Positions 62,716 through 64,000 of a stretch of 64,000 bases of DNA are shown one piece after another (position 1 is the first letter of the stretch; every line of letters begins with the position of its first letter). The stretch comes from Glycera tridactyla (lineage: Eukaryota). The translations under genes and the position numbers were made by a program. The stretch spans positions 108,872,001 to 108,936,000 of the forward strand of contig OZ286461.1 of the NCBI GenBank assembly GCA_965644265.1, written 5' to 3'. The notes beneath the pieces are model-generated. The model was not told the origin of the DNA. It saw only the letters and a list, made by a program, of their open reading frames with translations, and did not search any database.

Positions 62716-63093
62716 GTGAGTTCCTTCTCTTCTCTATTGTTATGGTACCTTTCTGCCAAATAATTTATCAATTTATCAGTGTGGGCAACAATGAGTTTGA
62801 TGGTGTATTTTCAAAATATGATATTATCACAGAGTATGGTGGTATCACAAAAAAGATACATGGCTATTATGAGGATGAGTGGATTTGGCAGGGGAGGGGT
62901 AGATAATTGACCCCATAAGCCAAGTGAAATCCCCTCTGAAGTCTATCCGGATTAAATTATTCAGCTCCCTGGAATCATTGATATCTCATGGCCAACATTT
63001 TATGAAAAAAATCATAGGAATTCAATTAGGAATTTAATTAGGAGCTTCTATATGACCTTCGCCTACTGACCCATCCGAGCTCTATATTTGATA

Positions 63094-63254
63094 CAGTCAA
63101 ACCTGTCTATAAAGACTGTCTTCGGTCGCATCAAAAAGTGGCCTTAACAAGCAGTTTGTCCTTATAGAGAGGTCATTTACTGTTGATAATTCTACCATTG
63201 TTGGAGCTCAGTGTAGCCTTTATAGAGAGGTGGTCTTTAGAGCAGGCTTGAGTG
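63094..63254. mobile_element. TA-flanked MITE
   Basis: ta|cagtcaaacctgtctataaag ... gtggtctttagagcaggcttgagtg|ta. Confidence 0.75.
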
Positions 63255-63403
63255 TATACTGCATGTGACGTAAAAGAGATTCATGCATATTCCCCTACCT
63301 GAAAGTTCCACTGATTCCTCTCCAACTATAATACAATGGTATTCTACTAAATGATGTGAATTGGTGAATCTCTAGAAATGGCAAAAAAAAAAAAAAAAAA
63401 CAA

Positions 63404-63417
63404 CGCCACCTAGTGGA
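63404..63417 (-). promoter_or_regulatory. CTCF-like motif
   Basis: Reverse complement TCCACTAGGTGGCG fits CCASYAGRKGGC; motif match only. Confidence 0.3.
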
Positions 63418-64000
63418 CATCAGTGCAAATAGATGCTGATGGTTATCAAACATAGAAATGTTTGATTAGATTACAATGGTTCTGGCATTCCCCGAGTCTG
63501 AATAAAAGCTTACTTACTTACCTACTTACTTAATAAATTAGAACTGTCTGTTAATGATGAATGGTCCTAAGTAGACCTCTGGAAATAGTTCCGGTTTTCT
63601 TCTGCATTATGTATTTGTTGTGCCATGAGGTACTTTACCCTTGAGTTTGTCAATCACCAGTTGAATCATGTAATTCTCATATCACTTTCACTTCTGACCA
63701 ATTTATTTGATGAAAATCCTTGAGATTTTGTGCATTTTCAAATATCCTGTCAAAATGTGTGGTTTGGCTCTGTTTTGTTCCCATGTTTTCTCACCTCACA
63801 TCCTCAGAAATTATGTCAGAATTCATTCTGGTTTTCCGTTCGCCAGCGTACCTAAGCAGGTGCCTCTCTTCCATGATCGTCAAGTTCGCCGTGTTCAGGT
63901 GCACCCAGCACGTCCAGCTGATAGGGTGCAGTCTTTTCCCTGACTTAGGGATCCAGTCCAAGCCACAGTGGTTTGGATTTCTCCCACTGGGGGGCAGTCC

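Noticed and set aside
63070-63083. 14-bp match (cccatccgagctct) to the hammerhead stem II region
   Set aside because: The CUGAnGA and GAAA core is absent; probably chance or a tiny remnant.

Overview
AT-rich animal genomic DNA, probably a lophotrochozoan invertebrate (inferred from the repeat types). The main feature is one intron-rich + strand gene for a Cad87A-type (CDH23/CDHR-related) non-classical cadherin. I traced 31 GT-AG exons from 18532 to 62715 with consistent phases (5209 nt, about 1736 codons). They encode 14 EC repeats, a membrane-adjacent domain, one TM helix and the start of the cytoplasmic tail. The signal-peptide exon was not located confidently and the last exons lie beyond the window. 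The introns and upstream region are full of mobile DNA: two apparently complete Helentron-associated (DINE-1/HINE-like) elements with internal satellite arrays, a young CpG-rich TA-flanked TIR element, hAT-like TIR elements, about 15 TA-flanked MITEs (one with an internal 43-bp x9 array), a LINE ORF1, decayed LINE RT fragments and tRNA-like repeats. The most notable structure is a 5'-truncated Penelope-like retroelement (49421-50003, - strand) whose 3' end carries a minimal, probably dimer-dependent hammerhead ribozyme motif (49455-49510). All calls are by eye; no database searches or folding programs were run.
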